DNA from: the human T2T-CHM13v2.0 reference genome, Homo sapiens
NCBI RefSeq assembly: GCF_009914755.1
Contig: NC_060930.1
Length of the DNA stretch: 64,000 nucleotides
Reading direction: 5' to 3' (one strand)
The translations under genes were made by a program, and so were the position numbers. The notes below the pieces were generated by a model. It saw only the letters and a program-made list of their open reading frames with translations. It had not been told where the DNA came from and made no database searches. Shown here one piece after another: positions 25,700 through 42,160 of this stretch (position 1 is its first letter; each line of letters opens with the position of its first letter).

Positions 25700-28600
25700 T
25701 CAGTAACGTCACAAAATGCAAGGTAAGAAAACTTCAAATCCTAAATAAATAGTTAAGGATACCCTGTTGAAGGATCAGAATTGTTACCAATTTTCCCCAA
25801 ATTGATCTGTAGAGTAAATACAGGCAATTCAAAATCTCAACGGCCTTCTGTCGAACTTGACAAGGTATCTGTAAAATATATATGGTAATGCAAATGACCC
25901 AGATGAGCAATGTCAGTTTTTGAAAATAAATAAGTTGTAGAAGTTATGCTACATTCCAAGACTTCCTACACAGCTACATTCATCAAAACAGTGTGGTACT
26001 GACATAATGAGAGACATGTAAATCAACGAACCAAAACAGAATCTAGAAATAGACATATGCATATATGTGAATTTAGGCAAAGATACCAAAGTGATTCAAT
26101 GAAGAAAGGATAATCTTTTTCAACAAATGGTGCTGGAAGAAATGGATATTCATAAACAAATTAACCCTTACCTCACACAATACATAAAGATTAATGTGAA
26201 ATAAACAGATGCACATATAAGGGTGAAAACTGTAAAATGTGTATAAGAAAACAGGAGAATATATTGAGTTAGGCAATGATTTCCTACAGTAGACATAAAA
26301 GACACAAATCATCAAAGAAAAAATTGATAGAACAGACTTTATCAAATTTAAATACTTTGGCTCTTCAAGAGACACTGTTAAGAAAATAAAAGCCACAGAC
26401 TGGGAGAAAGTATTTTCAAAATACGTATCTGGCAAAAGACCTATAACTAAAACACATAAAATTCTCTTACAACTCAATACTAAGAGGATGAATACTCAAA
26501 TATACAAAACAGCAAAAGATTTGAATAGATTCTTCACAAATGATGATGCAGAAATGAAAAACTCATTAAAACGTTTAACATTTTTAGTCATTAGGAAAAT
26601 CCAAATTATAATAAAAAGAGATATCACCAAGTACCCATTAGAATGGAGAAAATTAAAAGAATGTGAAGCAATGGTATTTTATAGTACACTGCTAAACATG
26701 TGGTGTATCTGAATAATGGGATACTACTGAGTCAAGAAAATGAACAAAGTACTGGTCCACACAACCACCTATGCAAATCCTACAAACATCATGCTAGGTG
26801 AGAGAAAGCAGACGCAAATGACTTCACACTACATGAGTGTCTTTACATGAAATTCTATGAACTATAATGACAAAAGGCAGATCAGAGGTTGCCAGGAACT
26901 AGAGGAGGGTGGAGGGTGTAGGAGGGAACATTACCTGCAGAGAGGTATATAGGGACTTTCTGAGATGACAGAAACGTTGATTGGGGTGGTAGTTACAGGA
27001 TAATATACATTCATGAAAACTCATTAAACTATATAGTTAAACTTGATCAGATTTATTGTATGTAAATTATACCTCAATAAAGCTGATTAAACAAAGAAAC
27101 AAGAAAAGTGTGTCTTCTCCATAGGCTTGAACTCGATGTGACGCAAGCCCCACCATTTCTTTCTTCCATTCTTGGCTTGGGTTTTCATTCAAGATCCCAT
27201 CTTGTCTAGGGTGTACTCCTGGATCCACGCTTCAACACCAGCTGAGGGCAGCAGCAGGGGAGATGTTCACGTGTCCCTCATCCCCTCCATTCTTTTCACA
27301 GCCACAAACAACTTCAAGGTTATTCCTCCACATTTACTAAGAACTTCTCAACGTGACTCATATTATTCCTTTCCCTTAAAACCGCTTCAAATCATTCTGC
27401 ACAGTATCAACATCCACGTGGAAGAATGCAGCGGGCTGGATGGCAAGCAAACCAAAGCAATCTGCACAGGGAATGATGGGAGTTATTCTGGCAATAGGGA
27501 GTTTTAACCAAAACTTAAGGGGCCAGCAGGAACAACAAGAGTCCATGCAGAGGCCTGTTGGGCAAGGACAGCCACAGGTCTCTGCCCATCAAGAAATAAC
27601 AGGCCTTGGAAACGTGGCACGAGATTCAATAAGAACCCAGAGGATCAACATTGAAAAGCCAAAGGCTCCTTTTCTTCACTACTATGATGTTCCCTAAGTT
27701 TCCCAATATATCCACCTGTTCACTGGAATGAAGAAAAGTTAGAAAGAAGCCATTAAAGACAGGAACTCTTAGATCAACCAACTCTGGAAAATAGTTTGGC
27801 GTTTTCTGAAATCCTAGTTTTAGATATTTACCTAAGACTAAGTATCTATAAGACCAAGTATCCAAAAGAAATGAAATTAATGCAAAAAAAAATAAGTAAC
27901 TGAAAGATCTTTATGGATAAGATGGTTTTCCACTAACAGTGGGAAATATAACCCAAAAGCAGAATAAGATTACGTAATAAATTATGTTATTTTGCATATC
28001 CAAGTCAATCTTGCTACTGTATTTCCACAAAGAAAGCCAAAATTATTGTCATAAAATTCTTTTTTTAGCACCTGTTAATTATAATCAATTACAAAAGTGA
28101 ATTAAACATTTATTTGCAGAAAAGGCTGTATAATTCAAAAGCACTGCGACTTATGGCTCTGTGAAAATCCATAAAACTGATGACAGGGAATAATTCTAGA
28201 ATCCTACCAAGTAGAGATAGGTAAAACAGTTGTAGCCTAAGGAGGAAGAATTTTTTTAGAATATTATTTTGGAAAATTTGAGAAGATAACCACTAAAGAG
28301 AGAAAAAAGGTCATGTGGTTAAAGTGAAATAAATTAGAGCTCAGCATTATGATCTTTTTATTAAAACTATAAAAAATACTATGATGTCTTTTATTAAAAC
28401 TATAAAAAAATTAAACCGTGATAGCATTAAATATCCAGAATTGTTTAAAAATAAATGACAGCATCATTAACTTAGATAAATGATTGAATATTCTTCATCT
28501 CCAGTATGATCCTGGCCCAATATGCTGAGGTCTCTAAGACTCACGATGGTTCTCCAGCACAGCTGTAGCCACACCAACAGCTTCTTGGGGCTTCAAGTCA

Positions 28601-28837
28601 ATGTGCTTAGAGACAGTCATTCATTTATTATCAGAAAATCTAAAGCTTTTGGTACTGAACACTGTGATTTGAATTTTGCAGCTGATTTTTCAAATGTTTC
28701 TCAGTAAGACTGGTTTTTATTTCCAAGTAAGATTCATAAAATCTTACTAATATATTACTAATAATAACCTAATATATTAACATAACATAAAATCTTACTA
28801 ATAATAACCTAATATATTAAATAGATTAAAAGAAATA

Positions 28838-29260
28838 TGGTGGCAGATATCATAATTGGCTTAACATAAATTCCAGCCTCCTCTGGGAGCTCCCTTTTGT
28901 TCCACTTAGGCTGGAAAGCTAAAAACTACATTTTCAGATTTCCGAGCATCTTATCATGTACTATTACTAAGGTGAGACTGAATTCAGAACTGAGTTAAGT
29001 GAGAAGAAAGGCAGGGCCTGCGGTTCCCACTTTCCTGAGGAGTATCAATCCACAGCCACCAGATTGCTGTCGCCTGAGCTTCCTATAGACAAGGAGCAAC
29101 TTCAGCAGTCACAGCCAATGATGTGAAATTCTGGGGCCTAAAAGCTTCTCTTCGTAGCTCTGCCTAGAGATGATCCCTCGAGTCCTTCTAATGATTTTGT
29201 AAGTCACCTAATATGTTTCTTTCTACCTTCCATTGTTTTCTATTACCTATAACCAAACCC
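28838..29260 (+). mobile_element. LTR33-like ERVL LTR
   Basis: 'aggctggaaagctaaaaactacattttcagatttcc' resembles LTR33. Confidence 0.5.
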
Positions 29261-30049
29261 AAATACAAGTGTTTTATTAGTAAAAATTTACTTTAAATGT
29301 TATAAATTATGAAACATCTCATGATAAAGCCAACAAATAATAAAAAACACATTGCCTTACAAATTCAAAAGACTCCAGTTTAAAATGGCTCAAATATATT
29401 TACAAATTGTTTTCTTTAAAAGTTAAATCAATAAATATATAACTACTCACATTTCTTATAACAAGAAACATACAAACATAATAAGCCAACCACTGTATAC
29501 CATTTTGTGATTAAACATACACTGATCCAACTTTCAAATAAAATGATGATGAGAGCCAAAATATTACTAATATGATACTTTTTTAAAAAGTTCAAATAAA
29601 TATGCAGCTAGGTCACTATAAGCTTTGCCTGAGTTCTGCATAAAAATGAGTTGAACTGATGGTGCAAAGTTAATCGGTTGGTGGTCTCCAACATATTAAA
29701 ACTCGGTACATTGAAATATGTCTGTTGTCTTATTATAGCTAAAAACTGCACAAAACTATTTTGGGGGCCTAAATTCTTTTGAGGTAAAGCCATAGAGCTT
29801 CTCTCAGAGAAAACAACACACATTTAAAAATCTTACACATAATCTCAGAAGGATCACATGAACTCCAGTCTGATTTCACCATGATCAGGCTACAGATTGG
29901 TTGCATTCAAAAGCTGGTCAGTACACAAAACATTTTAAATTCTGAATTCCAAGAAAAAAAATAAAATTCTTCAAATATTCTAAAAGTAACATGCATAAAA
30001 ATATAAACAATAAAACAATACCAAATATATAGTGAAAAAAATAATATTA

Positions 30050-30470
30050 CTTGTCTTATTTTTCAATTTTATTTTCTAACTCTACACTGCCTCCACTCAT
30101 GGTAACCACTGGCAGACAGTATTCCTGTCGGGAAAATGTCTTTTCCCGCTTTTTTCCATTCCCATAACAACATAACTATATAAGTACTTTTGTTGGTTTT
30201 TTTCCCCACTAAAATGGCACTGTACTATAATGTTATATTGCAGATTAATTTTGTCACTTAGAATTTCACAGACATTCCTTTCTAGACCATAGAGTTCCAA
30301 ATCAATTTTTTGAATACACGTATAACATTTCATACAATAAATATATCACAATTTATTCAGTATTTCCCTTTAGATAGGCATTACGGTTGATTTCAGTATT
30401 CTATCTCTGTAAGCAATGTTGTGATAAATATTTTGGCATGTATATATTCAATATTCTCCCCACTTTAAAA
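30050..30470 (-). mobile_element. L1ME-type 3' fragment
   Basis: 'atcacaatttattcagtatttccctttagataggcattacggttgatttcagt' resembles an antisense L1ME 3'UTR. Confidence 0.6.
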
Positions 30471-32099
30471 ATGTTGAATATTCTCCTAAAAGAAAAATGT
30501 TCCCAATAGAGGTTACTTTTCTATAGAGGAGATTTTACATCACGTATAATAGAAAATAAGTACAGATGAACAGTCATATTGGCTAAATAAGCAATTGTGG
30601 GCACGTTCAACACATTTCCAAGTAACAGTGCCACGTCTGATATGGTGAAAAGAAAAATTGTTCTTGAGAATATATCTTTGATTGGAAGGTACGCAATCTC
30701 ACTAAAACTTCCGGCACTCATAGGCTTTGCCTTGACACTTGGTTTCAAGGATTTTAAGCTAAAGTAAGGACAGGTGCCTTATCTGTCATTCAAAAAAGTT
30801 ATAAAATGATTCAACATATTCACAGCTTTTTATTTGTAGAGTATTTTTACTGGCACCAGCTATAAATAACACATTGGTTTCTCTGGTTCATTCTAGTACA
30901 CTTGAAATACTGCCATAACAATCAAAGACTTATCTCTTCGCCCTACTTTGCATTGCATTCTCTGATGTCTTTGTCCCGGAAGCACAGCCTCTCTGTTTTT
31001 CTTCTAATCAGTAATCATCAGCTCAGGAGGTATTGAGCAGTCTTCACCCCTTTAGTAATTGATGTTTAGAATTTATGTTTTTGAAAAGCACCATTTGGTG
31101 ATCCTGGAAAGAGTGTGGTTGGCTGAAACTACCTGCCACCCTGCTGCCTTACAACTAGGTTTTTATTTCTGTTTCCCTACCCTGTACTTGTGTTTCATGC
31201 TGGAGTTGAAATTTTGTCCTATATCTCAACATGTTTGGTTAGGGCTCAGACATGCTGGGTAGTAACACTTACAAGGCTCTCAGTTTGGGTAGAAGTTATT
31301 CTGAGGAGGAAGAGGTCCTACTCACTTTGTTCCTGCAATCAAGGCTAGCTAGAGTTCCGTTTGGAGTAGACTGACTATACAGTAGCCCAGTACAAGGAGG
31401 AAGGGCTTTAGAAACCAAAGGACAAACTTGCCTGACTTCCTACTCCTTAGTTCTGTCGTGAGGATTAAATAAGCTAACACAGTACTTGTAAATTAATGTT
31501 CCTTTTCCCCTTATATGCACTCTTCATGAGACTCCTACTATCATGATCTACCTGGAAGACAGACACCCCAGTATCCAACTACACCAAGCCCAAGTCCAGT
31601 AAGTTTCTTCAAGAAGTTCTACAATCATCCAAGTTTCAGCCTATCTCCCGCCAGATTTGTCCAGATCCCTATTACTAACTTGAATGGCTCAAAAATCACA
31701 TAATCACAGCTGAATGATTTTTAGCTCCCCTTTTTCTCTTCCTCTCCACTTCATTTTCCAACTAACACTTAACTACACACCTCTTGGGAATTATCGAGTT
31801 CTACTGATGGGCCCTATTGTTTTGGGGGCTTTCAGGGTGATACAAATATTTTACGGTTTTAGTCTCAAAAAGGCTTTGAAAATCCTACACATATTTTAAA
31901 GTCTTATCAAGAAATTCTGAGGCTACATACAAAATGTCATCTAAAATGAAACAATGTTTTCTTAAGACTTCAAATAAACCACCTCAAAAAACAAAAGTAC
32001 ATATATTAAAACAAACCACTTGAATTTCAACTTATGTAGATATATTTCAAGGAATATTTCTACCCAAAGCCCAGAAGAAAGAGACTGTTCTGAAACTGA

Positions 32100-35000
32100 A
32101 AAGTAGTATTTTAAAAGGCCATTACTTGTATTTTCAAAAACGATTTTATGAATGTATACTTGACAAAACGACACGTACATATTTAAAGTTAAAAGGTTGC
32201 AAAGTTCACATACACATGTGAAACCACTGACACAACTGAAAAAACACACAAATCACCCCAAAAGTTTCCGCAGATCCATTAAAATCCCTGCCAACTGCCA
32301 TCCCAAGCAACCATTGATCTGTTTTCTGTCACTGTATATTACATTGCATTGCCTAGAGTGTTGTATAAACAGAGTAGCATAGTACAGTCCTCTTTTCTCT
32401 CTGGTCTCCTTCACTCAGTGTAACTGTTTTGAGATTCATCCACACTGTTGCCTGTATCAATAATTTATTCTTTTTATTGAAGAGTAGCATTCCTTTGCAT
32501 GAATATACCACAGTTTATCCATTCACTTCTTGGTGGACCTGAGTTATTTCCGGTTTTATTCCTGTATGAGTTTTTTGCAACAACACAGGCTTTCATTTAT
32601 CTTCAGTAAATACCTTAGAGAGGAATGAATGGGGCTCATATGCTCAGTGTCTACATAACTTTTAAGAAACTGCCAAGCTATTCTCCACACTGGTGAGAGC
32701 ATTTTACACTCCCTCAATCAACGTTTGAAAAGTCCAGGGCCTCCACATCCTTGACAACCCTTGCTATAGTAACTGGGTTTAATTTTAGCCACTGCAAGAG
32801 GTATGCAGTGATACCTCACTGCATTTTGTCATCAACAGTTTTACTGAGGATTCATTTACATACCATAAAGTTCACCAACTGTAAGTATACAAAATTCAGT
32901 GTTAGTATGTTTATACAGTTGTGAAGCTATCATAATAGTCCAGTCTCAAAACACTTCCATCCTCATCAAAGAAAGTTCCTCATAACCATTTAAATCAGAC
33001 CCCTGCACCTACAGAGAGCTCAGCAATCAGCGATGTGCTTCCCATCTTCACAGATTGATTTTTTTCTGGGCATTTCATATAAACAGAATCACATAATATA
33101 TAGTCAATTACATCTGGTTTCTTCCACTTAGCACAAATTTACTCAGGTTCATCCATGTCAAAGCGTATATTCATACTTCACTCTTTATTTTTTATTGTTG
33201 TCTTTTATTGATATATATTATTTTCAATATTTATGAGGTATATATAAGTATTTTTTACACGCACAGAATGTGTCATGATCGAGTCAGGGTACACGAGTAC
33301 TTATCATTTCTATGTGTTTGTAATATTTCAAGTCCTTTCTTCTGGCTACTTTATTCTTCTGCATATGGATATCCAATTTTCCCAGCACCATTTATTGAAG
33401 ACGGTTGTCCTTTCCCCAACGTATGTTCTTGGAACCTGTGTCGAAAATCAGTTGGCTATAAACATGTGAAATTATTTCTGAGTTCTTTATTCTGTTCCAT
33501 TGTATAATTTGTCTATTTTTATAGCAATACCATGCTGTCTGGATTGCAATCGCCTTGCAATATAATATAAAGGCAGGGAGTGTGATGCCTCCGGTGTTGT
33601 TCCTTTTGCTCGGGATTGCTTTGGCTATTTTTTGGTTCCATACAAATTTCAGGATTTTTTTTTTTTATTTTTGTGAAAAATGACATTGGTACTTTGATAA
33701 GGATTGCATTGAATCTGTATATTGCTTTGGACAACATGCTCATTTTATTAATTATTTTGATCTATGAGCATGGAATATCTTTCCATTTGTTTGTATCCTC
33801 TATCCTTTTCAATTTCTTTCTTTCAGTGTTTTGTAGTTTTCCTTATACAGAGATCTCTCACCTCCTGGTTAAATTTATTCTTAGGTATTATATTTAATTT
33901 TTTATAGCTATTGTAAATGGGATTGGCTTCTTGATTTCTTTTTCAGCTATTTCATTATTGGTGTATAAAACACTGCTGACTTTTTGATTTTGTACCCTGC
34001 AACTATACTGTATTTGCTTATTAGCTCTACAAGTTTTCTGACGGTGTCTTTTGGTTTTTCTAAATATAAAGAGCATGTCATCTGCAAAGAGGGACAACCT
34101 GACTTTCTCTTTTCCAACTTGGATGCCTTTTATTTCCTTCCCTTGCTTGATGCTCTCTGGCTAAGACATTCAGTAGTATGTTGAATAGGAGTGCTGAAAG
34201 TGGGCAGCCTTGTCTTGTTCCAGGTCTTACATGAAATGCTTTCAGCTTTCCCACATTCAGTATGATGTTAGCTGTGGGTCTGGCATATATGGTTTTTATT
34301 ATTTTGAAATATGTTCCTTCTAGGCCTAGTTTGCTGAATTTTATTAAATGAGATGATCATATGGTTTTCGTCCTTCATTCAACTGATGTATCATGTATAT
34401 TGGTTTGCATATCTTAAACCATCCTTGCATCCCTAGTATAAATTCCACTTGATTGTAGTGTATTACCTTTTTGATGTGCTGTCAAATTTAGTTTGCTAGT
34501 ATTTTGTTGAGGATTTTTGCATCTATGTTTATCAGAGATAGATATACTGGCCTGTAGTTTTCTTGTTTTGCTGTGTCCTTGTCTGGCTTAGGTATGAGGG
34601 TAATGCTGGCCTTGTAGAATGAGTTGGGGAGAACTCCCTCCTCTTCAATTTCTTGGAATAGTGTGAGGACTGGTATTAGTTCACTATGTTTGGCAGAATT
34701 CAACAGTGAATCTACTGGGTCCTGAGCTTTTCTTTATTGGGAGACATTGTATTTCTGATTCAATCTTGCTACTAGTTATTGGTCTATTCAGGTTTTCTAT
34801 TTCTTCCTGATTCAATCTTGGTAGAATGCATGCAGCCCGGAATTTATCCATTTCCTCTAGGTTTTGCAGTTTGTTAGTGTATAGTTGTGCATAACAGTTT
34901 ATGATGATCTTTTGTATTTCTGTGGTATCAGTTGGTTGTAATGTCTCCATTTTCATTTATGATTTTGTTTCTTTAGGTCTTCTCTCTTAGTCTAACTAAT

Positions 35001-38000
35001 GGTTTATCATTTTTTTTTAACTTTTCCAAAACCCAACATTTTGTTTCATTGATCCTTTTAGTTATTTTTAGTCTTATAATTTTTTAGTATTTCACTTAGG
35101 TCTGTGGTAATATTTATTTCTTTTGTTCTACTACTTCTAGATTTAGTTTATTCTTGCTTTTCTAGTTCCTTGCAGTGTATCATTAGATTGTTTATTTGAA
35201 CTCCTACTTTTCTGATGTAGGTGTTTGTTGCTATTTTCTTCCCTGTTAGTACTGCTTCTGCTGTATACGACAGGTTTTGGTATGTTGTATTTCCGTTTTC
35301 ATTTGTTTCAATAAATGTTTTGATTTTCATATTAATTTCTTCATTGACCCAATGGTTATTTGGGAGTATCTTGTTTAATTTCCATGCATTTGTCTAGTTT
35401 CTAAAGTTTCTTTCTTTTATTGACTTCAAGTTTTATTGTAGTCTGAGAAGATACTTGATTTCAAAATTTTTAAAATATCTTGAGAATTGTTTTGTGGCCT
35501 AACGTGGTATATCCTGAAGACTGTTCCATGTGCTGATGAGAAGAATGTGTATTCCACAATTATCAGATAAAATGCTCTGTAAACCTTAGGTCCAGCTGAT
35601 CCAAACACCAGTTTAAACACAATGTTTATTTGGTGATTTTCTTCCTAGAGGATCTAATGCTGACTTCTGACAGGCGGATGTTGAAATTCCCCACTCTCAT
35701 TGTATTGGAGTGTCTCTCTCTCTTTAGATCTAGTAATATTAGCTTTATGAATCTGGGTGCTCCAGTGTTGCATGCACAAATATTTAGAGTTATTATATCC
35801 TCTTGAAGAATTGATCTCTTTATCATTCTACATGATCTCATTTGTATTTCTTTATGGTTTTTTACTTAAAGTCTGTTTTATCTGATGTAAGTATAGCTAC
35901 TCCTGCTAGCTTTTGGTTTCTATTTGAATTGAATATCTTTTTCCATCACTTTAGTTTCACTCTATGTGTGTCTTTACAGGTGAAGTGCATTTCTTACAGG
36001 CAGCATATAGTTGGATCATTTTGTTTTGTTTTGTTTTCCATTCAGCCAGTCTATAACTTTTTCAGTAGAGATTTTAATCTATTCACATTCAAAGTTATTA
36101 TTGCATGGGAAGTTGTTATTGTCACATTGTTTTTTTCTGGTTGTTTGTATATTCTTTGTTCCTTTCTTTTCTCTTATTGTTTGTCATTGTGGTTTGGTGG
36201 TTTTCTGTAGGGGTTCCATTTGAGTCCTTTCTCTTTCTGATTTCTGTGTTTGCTTTACCAGTGAGTTTTATACTTTTATATGTTTTTACGATAGTAAATG
36301 TCATCTGTGCTTCCAGTTTAGGACTTCCTTGAACATTTCTTGTAGGACTGGCCTAGGAATGATGAATTCCCTCAGCTTTTGCTTGTCTTTGAAAGATGTT
36401 ATTTCTCCTTCATTTGTGAAAGATAATTTTGCTGACAATAGTAATTATAGTAATAAATTATTATTTATTAATAGTAATAAAATACTAGTAGCCTAGGTTG
36501 ACAAGTTTTAAAAAAAAATTCAGCACTTTGAATATATCATTCTACTCTCTCCTTGCCTGTTACCTTGGTCTTCTGCTGAGAAATCCATTATTAGTCTGAC
36601 AGGGGTTGCAAATAGTATTCCATTACATGAATGTATCAAACTTATTTATTCACCAGTGGAGAGACATTTGAATTGTTTCCAGTTTGGAGCTATACTGAAT
36701 AATGCTGCTATGAAGATTCATACACATTTCTTGATGCAGGCATGTATTCCTCTCCCTTTAGCAGATTCTCAAGAGGAAAACTGATCAGTTGTATGTTAAG
36801 TATAACCTTTTAAGAAACTGACAAACTGTTTTCTGAAATACGTGTACCATTTTATTTTCCCAAAAGTAATGTATAATGATTACCATTTCACCACATGCTC
36901 ACCAACATCAGTTATTGTCTGTTTTCTTATACTTATTTTAATGAGTACAGAGTAGTATCTCATTGCATTTCCATAGTAACTAATGAGATTAAGCATCCTT
37001 TATTGGCCATTTATATATTCTCTTTGAGATCATTCATACTCAGATCTGTTGACTTTTAAAAAAATGGGTTGTCTTATTATTTTGTTTAAGAATCCTTTAT
37101 ATATTCTGGATACAAGTTCTTAGTGAACTACAATTTACTGTTTTTTTAAAATTTTATGGACTGTGCTTTTGGTGGCACATATAAGAACTTTACCCCACCA
37201 AAGACCATACTTTTTTCTAAGAAATTTTAGAATTTAGCTCTTACAGTAAGGCATATGATTCATATTAAATTAATGTAGCTTATGATATGACAGAAAAGTA
37301 TACAGTCTTTATAGTTATTGTTTATATAATGTATGAATATATAATTGTCCCCTACCAACTATCCTTTCCAAAAATCAGTTGTTTTGGCATCTTTGTTGAA
37401 AGTGAGTTGACCGTGTACAGATTTATTTCTGGACTCTCAATTCTGTTTCATCGATTTGTATGCCTATCTCTGCAGCAGTACAAAATAAACTAACATACAG
37501 TGTTTGTACAGTAATTTTTGAATCATGTAATGCAAATCCTTCATATTGAACTTCATTTTAAAATATTATTATGACTCTTCTAAGAGGTCCTTTGCATTTC
37601 CATATGCATTTTAAAATCAGTTAATCAATTTCTATAAAAAGACCTGCGGGGATTTTCATAAGGACTTCTTTGAAATTACGGATCAATTTGGGGAGAATTG
37701 TTATCCAGACAATTCATAAAGAGTAAATCTGTCTTCATTCATTTCGATTTTCTTTAATTTCTTTCAGCAATGTTTCATAGTTTTCAGTTTACAAATTTTG
37801 CACTTCTGCTAAATGTCTTAAGTATTTTATTTTTTGATATTACTGTGAATTTTAATTTCTTTCAGATTGTTCATTTTTATGTAGAAATACTACTTATTTT
37901 TGTACATTGACCATGTAGCCTGAGACCTTGCTAATTTATTCATTAGTTTTGTAGTTTTTTGTGAAGTGTTTTGAATGTTCTCCATAAAAGATGTTGTGAT

Positions 38001-38510
38001 TTGTAAAAAATATAAGACAGTTTTAGTTCTTCCTATCAAATCTGGATCCCCTTCTCTTTTGCCTTATTGCTCAAGTTAACAACTGTCCTTCTACTCTGCT
38101 GAGAACTTTTCTCATGAAATTTTATTTTGAATTTTTACTAGTATGTTCTATTACATTAACTGATTTAGTAATATTAAACCAACTTTGTATTTCTGATATA
38201 AATCCCACTTGTCCATACTGTATCGTATTTTTTACATATTACATTGGTTTGCTAATTTTTTAAAAGGATTATTGCATTTATGTTCATGAACAACATTTAT
38301 CGGTGCTTTTCTTGTGATACCTTAGTTGGCTTTGATACGAGGTTAATACAAGACTCACAGAAGAAGTTGAAATGCTTTTCTTCCTTCTCTATTTTCTGAA
38401 ACAGTTTGTGATGGATTGGCATTATTCTTTTTAAGTATTTAATAAAATTCACCAGTACAGTGATCTGGAAGGCAGTGTTTGCTGTGGGAAGATGTTTAAT
38501 TACTATAAGC
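32100..38510 (-). mobile_element. Composite of old L1M elements (3'UTR/ORF2) hosting a nested L1MA-type insertion
   Basis: Antisense L1 3'UTR motifs at 32100-33190 resume near 36605 ('gttgcaaatagtattccatt'). Confidence 0.75.
33190..36605 (-). mobile_element. L1MA-type LINE-1 (ORF1 end, ORF2, 3' end; internally deleted)
   Basis: Minus-strand ORF2 fragments: SLFADDM (33894-34097), ENYRP...[13 protein letters not shown] (34488-34703), NICACNTGAP (35626-35841). Confidence 0.85.
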
Positions 38511-39079
38511 CTGTTTCAGTGTGTAAACCTGCTTGGTTTTACATTCCACTAGGACCCTTTCCAAGGAGTGACCACTGGGAGCTGTGAAGAGATGGGGACC
38601 TTCTCCAGTTTCCACTGCACATGTGCATATCTTCAGCCAGAAACAGGTTTACCCCAATCTTGAATGAAATCACAGGCTAGTAGAGCCTGGCCGGCCCTCC
38701 GCTAGGTGCTGGCCCCCGAAATGCCATTGATGGGGGATGAGGTTATTGCTTATGACTCCAAGTTGAGTGAGTCCCTGCAACTGCAGAAGAGAAGCTGTCA
38801 GAACCTCTGGACCAACTACTAGAGTCAGGGGGTACCGGAAGTAGCTCCAGGCCATAACACCATGATGCCCACAGTTTTTACTGCAGGTCAGCAGTTTTTA
38901 AGGTATGAATGATTCTTGGATTGTGTATTGCCTTTGAATGATGTCCAGAGCACTAAAATGGCTGTTTTTGTCCATATTTTCCACTTCATAATTGCCTTTT
39001 GGGGAGAGGATTTCCTGTTGTCTCCTCTTAGCTTTAGCTAGAAATCCTTTTATCCAAACTATTCATTTTTACTACAGAG

Positions 39080-39887
<808 letters not shown>

Positions 39888-41559
39888 TATTTTCTTATAT
39901 TTAAGACTGTATCATTGGCTTTAAAAGGGGGAGCTTAGTAAATTTATTTTCTTAACCCACTGCTGTTCTATTTATATTTTAAAACACTGAACAAGATAAA
40001 ACTGACCTATCAGAAGATTCTCTGATTTATGGAAGAGAGCAATCTACTCCAAAGGAACTCGGTGAAACTGTAAATAAGAAATAAAAAATCTGCTAAAATA
40101 TCATTTCCTTGGCTTTAAGAATTTATCTCATCCTGCCTTAGGCAACAGAACATTTTCAAATAATATTCCAAATAGTTTCCTCCTATCTAAGGCCAGCCCC
40201 TTCACTTAGTGCTGTATCTTGTTCTCTCACCTGGTCAAGGCCATAGCTCCAGCAATCTCTTCTCCGTCTTCCATCTACAATTTTTCCCTCTCTATTGAAG
40301 CACTTCCCATAAGCATACAGTCTCTTAATACTCCCATGTTAAAAATAACAAAAATGTCACCTTCCATATGCCATTCCCTATCTCCTCTCCTTCAAAACAC
40401 ATCTTAAAAGATTATGTACATGCTTCCTCCCTAAATCCCCTCCTTAATTTATGAGTCATAGTATTCTTAATATATGAGTCATAGTATTCTCAAAGATACG
40501 CGCACATCAAAAAGAGGCTCTCCTGCCCCTGTTTTTATGGACCTACATCATAGAACTTTCTACTACCATTGTACATAAAACCTTATTTGATAGCGGTATT
40601 TGCCTAACAGAACAAAAGCCCTTAATGATCTGACACCCTCTCACATGTTAAGCATACGAGGACAAATTATAAGCAGCCTTCATATTTCTAAAAAGTAATT
40701 TTCATAAATGGATAAAAGAGTGAGGTTAACATGAAAGCTTCTGGGGCTTATGAATAGGTCACTTGTTTTTCCTCATTATTTATCCAAACAAAATCACTAG
40801 GGAAAAATTTTTAACAAATAATCATAAATATCATGTTTTACTTTAAATTACATACATAATTACTCCCTTTAACCATGTTCTTACAAACGGCAACAGGGCC
40901 ACATTAGAGTAAAATAAAACCTACTTTTAGACAATGTATCCTTGAATACTAAAAATGATTCACTGTGATAAGCAATATATAATTACTCTAAAGAATACAG
41001 CTTCCAATTACTATAAAGAAATATATTTTTAACATAATGTGCTAAAAAGTACCACCTTATATTCATCACATTACCATGAATCAAAAAAAATCTCATTAAA
41101 CACATTACAGTGCTTCTGAATTATTCAATCATTCTATCTTGATTCATTAAATGGGTATTTAATACACACCTCTTGTGTCCAACATTACATAAGATATTAG
41201 AAACTTAGTGAATGCCTGGCAAGTTATGCCACCAACTGATTCTTCCTTTTAATTTAATTAGAAAACTAGTAAATAAACTACATGTCTATGAAATTGAAAC
41301 TAGTAAAATAAATATGAAATAGATGACATTTTTCACAAATACATCTTACAAGTCTTAAATAGACTCAAAAGACTCACAGTCTCTATCAAAAATAAGATTT
41401 AGTTTATCATTCAAATTTCATCAGAGACAAAAACATAAGACAAGATAGTTCAACACAAACACCAGTTAAAGCAATTAGGACCCAGTATTTCCCATGAAGA
41501 GAAATCTCTCATTCTAAAATATTATTTAAAATAGCATTAATATTATCCATAATTTCCCC

Positions 41560-41930
41560 CAAATTGGAAATAATCCAAATAGGCTTTAGAAAGTAATCCG
41601 ATAAATTGTGGTACATCCATACAACAAAATACTACTCAGCAATAACAAGGAACACACAATTGGTACAGACAGCAACTCGGATGAATCTCAAAAAGGCTCG
41701 ACACTGCATGATGTCATTCACACGACATTTGGGAAAACACAAAACTATAGTGATCACTAACACAGAAGTCATTGCCAAGGACTGGGTGAATGGAGGGCAG
41801 GATTATAAAGGACGGCACAAAAAAGTGCCATTCTTCATGCTGAGGTCAGTGGTGGTTACGGGAATCTACATATGTGTTAAAATTCATAGAACTATACACG
41901 AGAAAAATACAAAGTCAATTATTTTTAATA
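41560..41930 (+). mobile_element. L1ME/MC-type 3' end
   Basis: 'aaattgtggtacatccatacaacaaaatactactcagcaataa...ggatgaatctcaaaa...aaaattcatagaactatacac'. Confidence 0.75.
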
Positions 41931-41959
41931 TATTCAGGTTGAGTTTTTAATATATACAG

Positions 41960-42160
41960 CTATCATTTTGTGAGTGATTCCATGTGTCCGGTGCTAATCC
42001 TTACATCATTCCTATGAAGTTGGTTTTATTCCCATTTTAGGTATGAGAAGCAAACTCAAGGAAGTTAAGGTTAAGTAATTAAATGAGGTTATTCAGCTAA
42101 ATATTAAGTGGCAGATCCCAAATTCAATTTTAAAGTTGTCTGATTCCAAAGCCTGAACAA
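41960..42160 (-). mobile_element. MIR SINE
   Basis: 'cctatgaagttgg...cccattttaggtatgagaagc...ggttaagtaatt...tgtctgattccaaagcc'. Confidence 0.75.

Noticed and set aside
30521-30748. 75-aa hydrophobic minus-strand ORF
   Set aside because: Non-ATG start, no splice context and no recognisable family.
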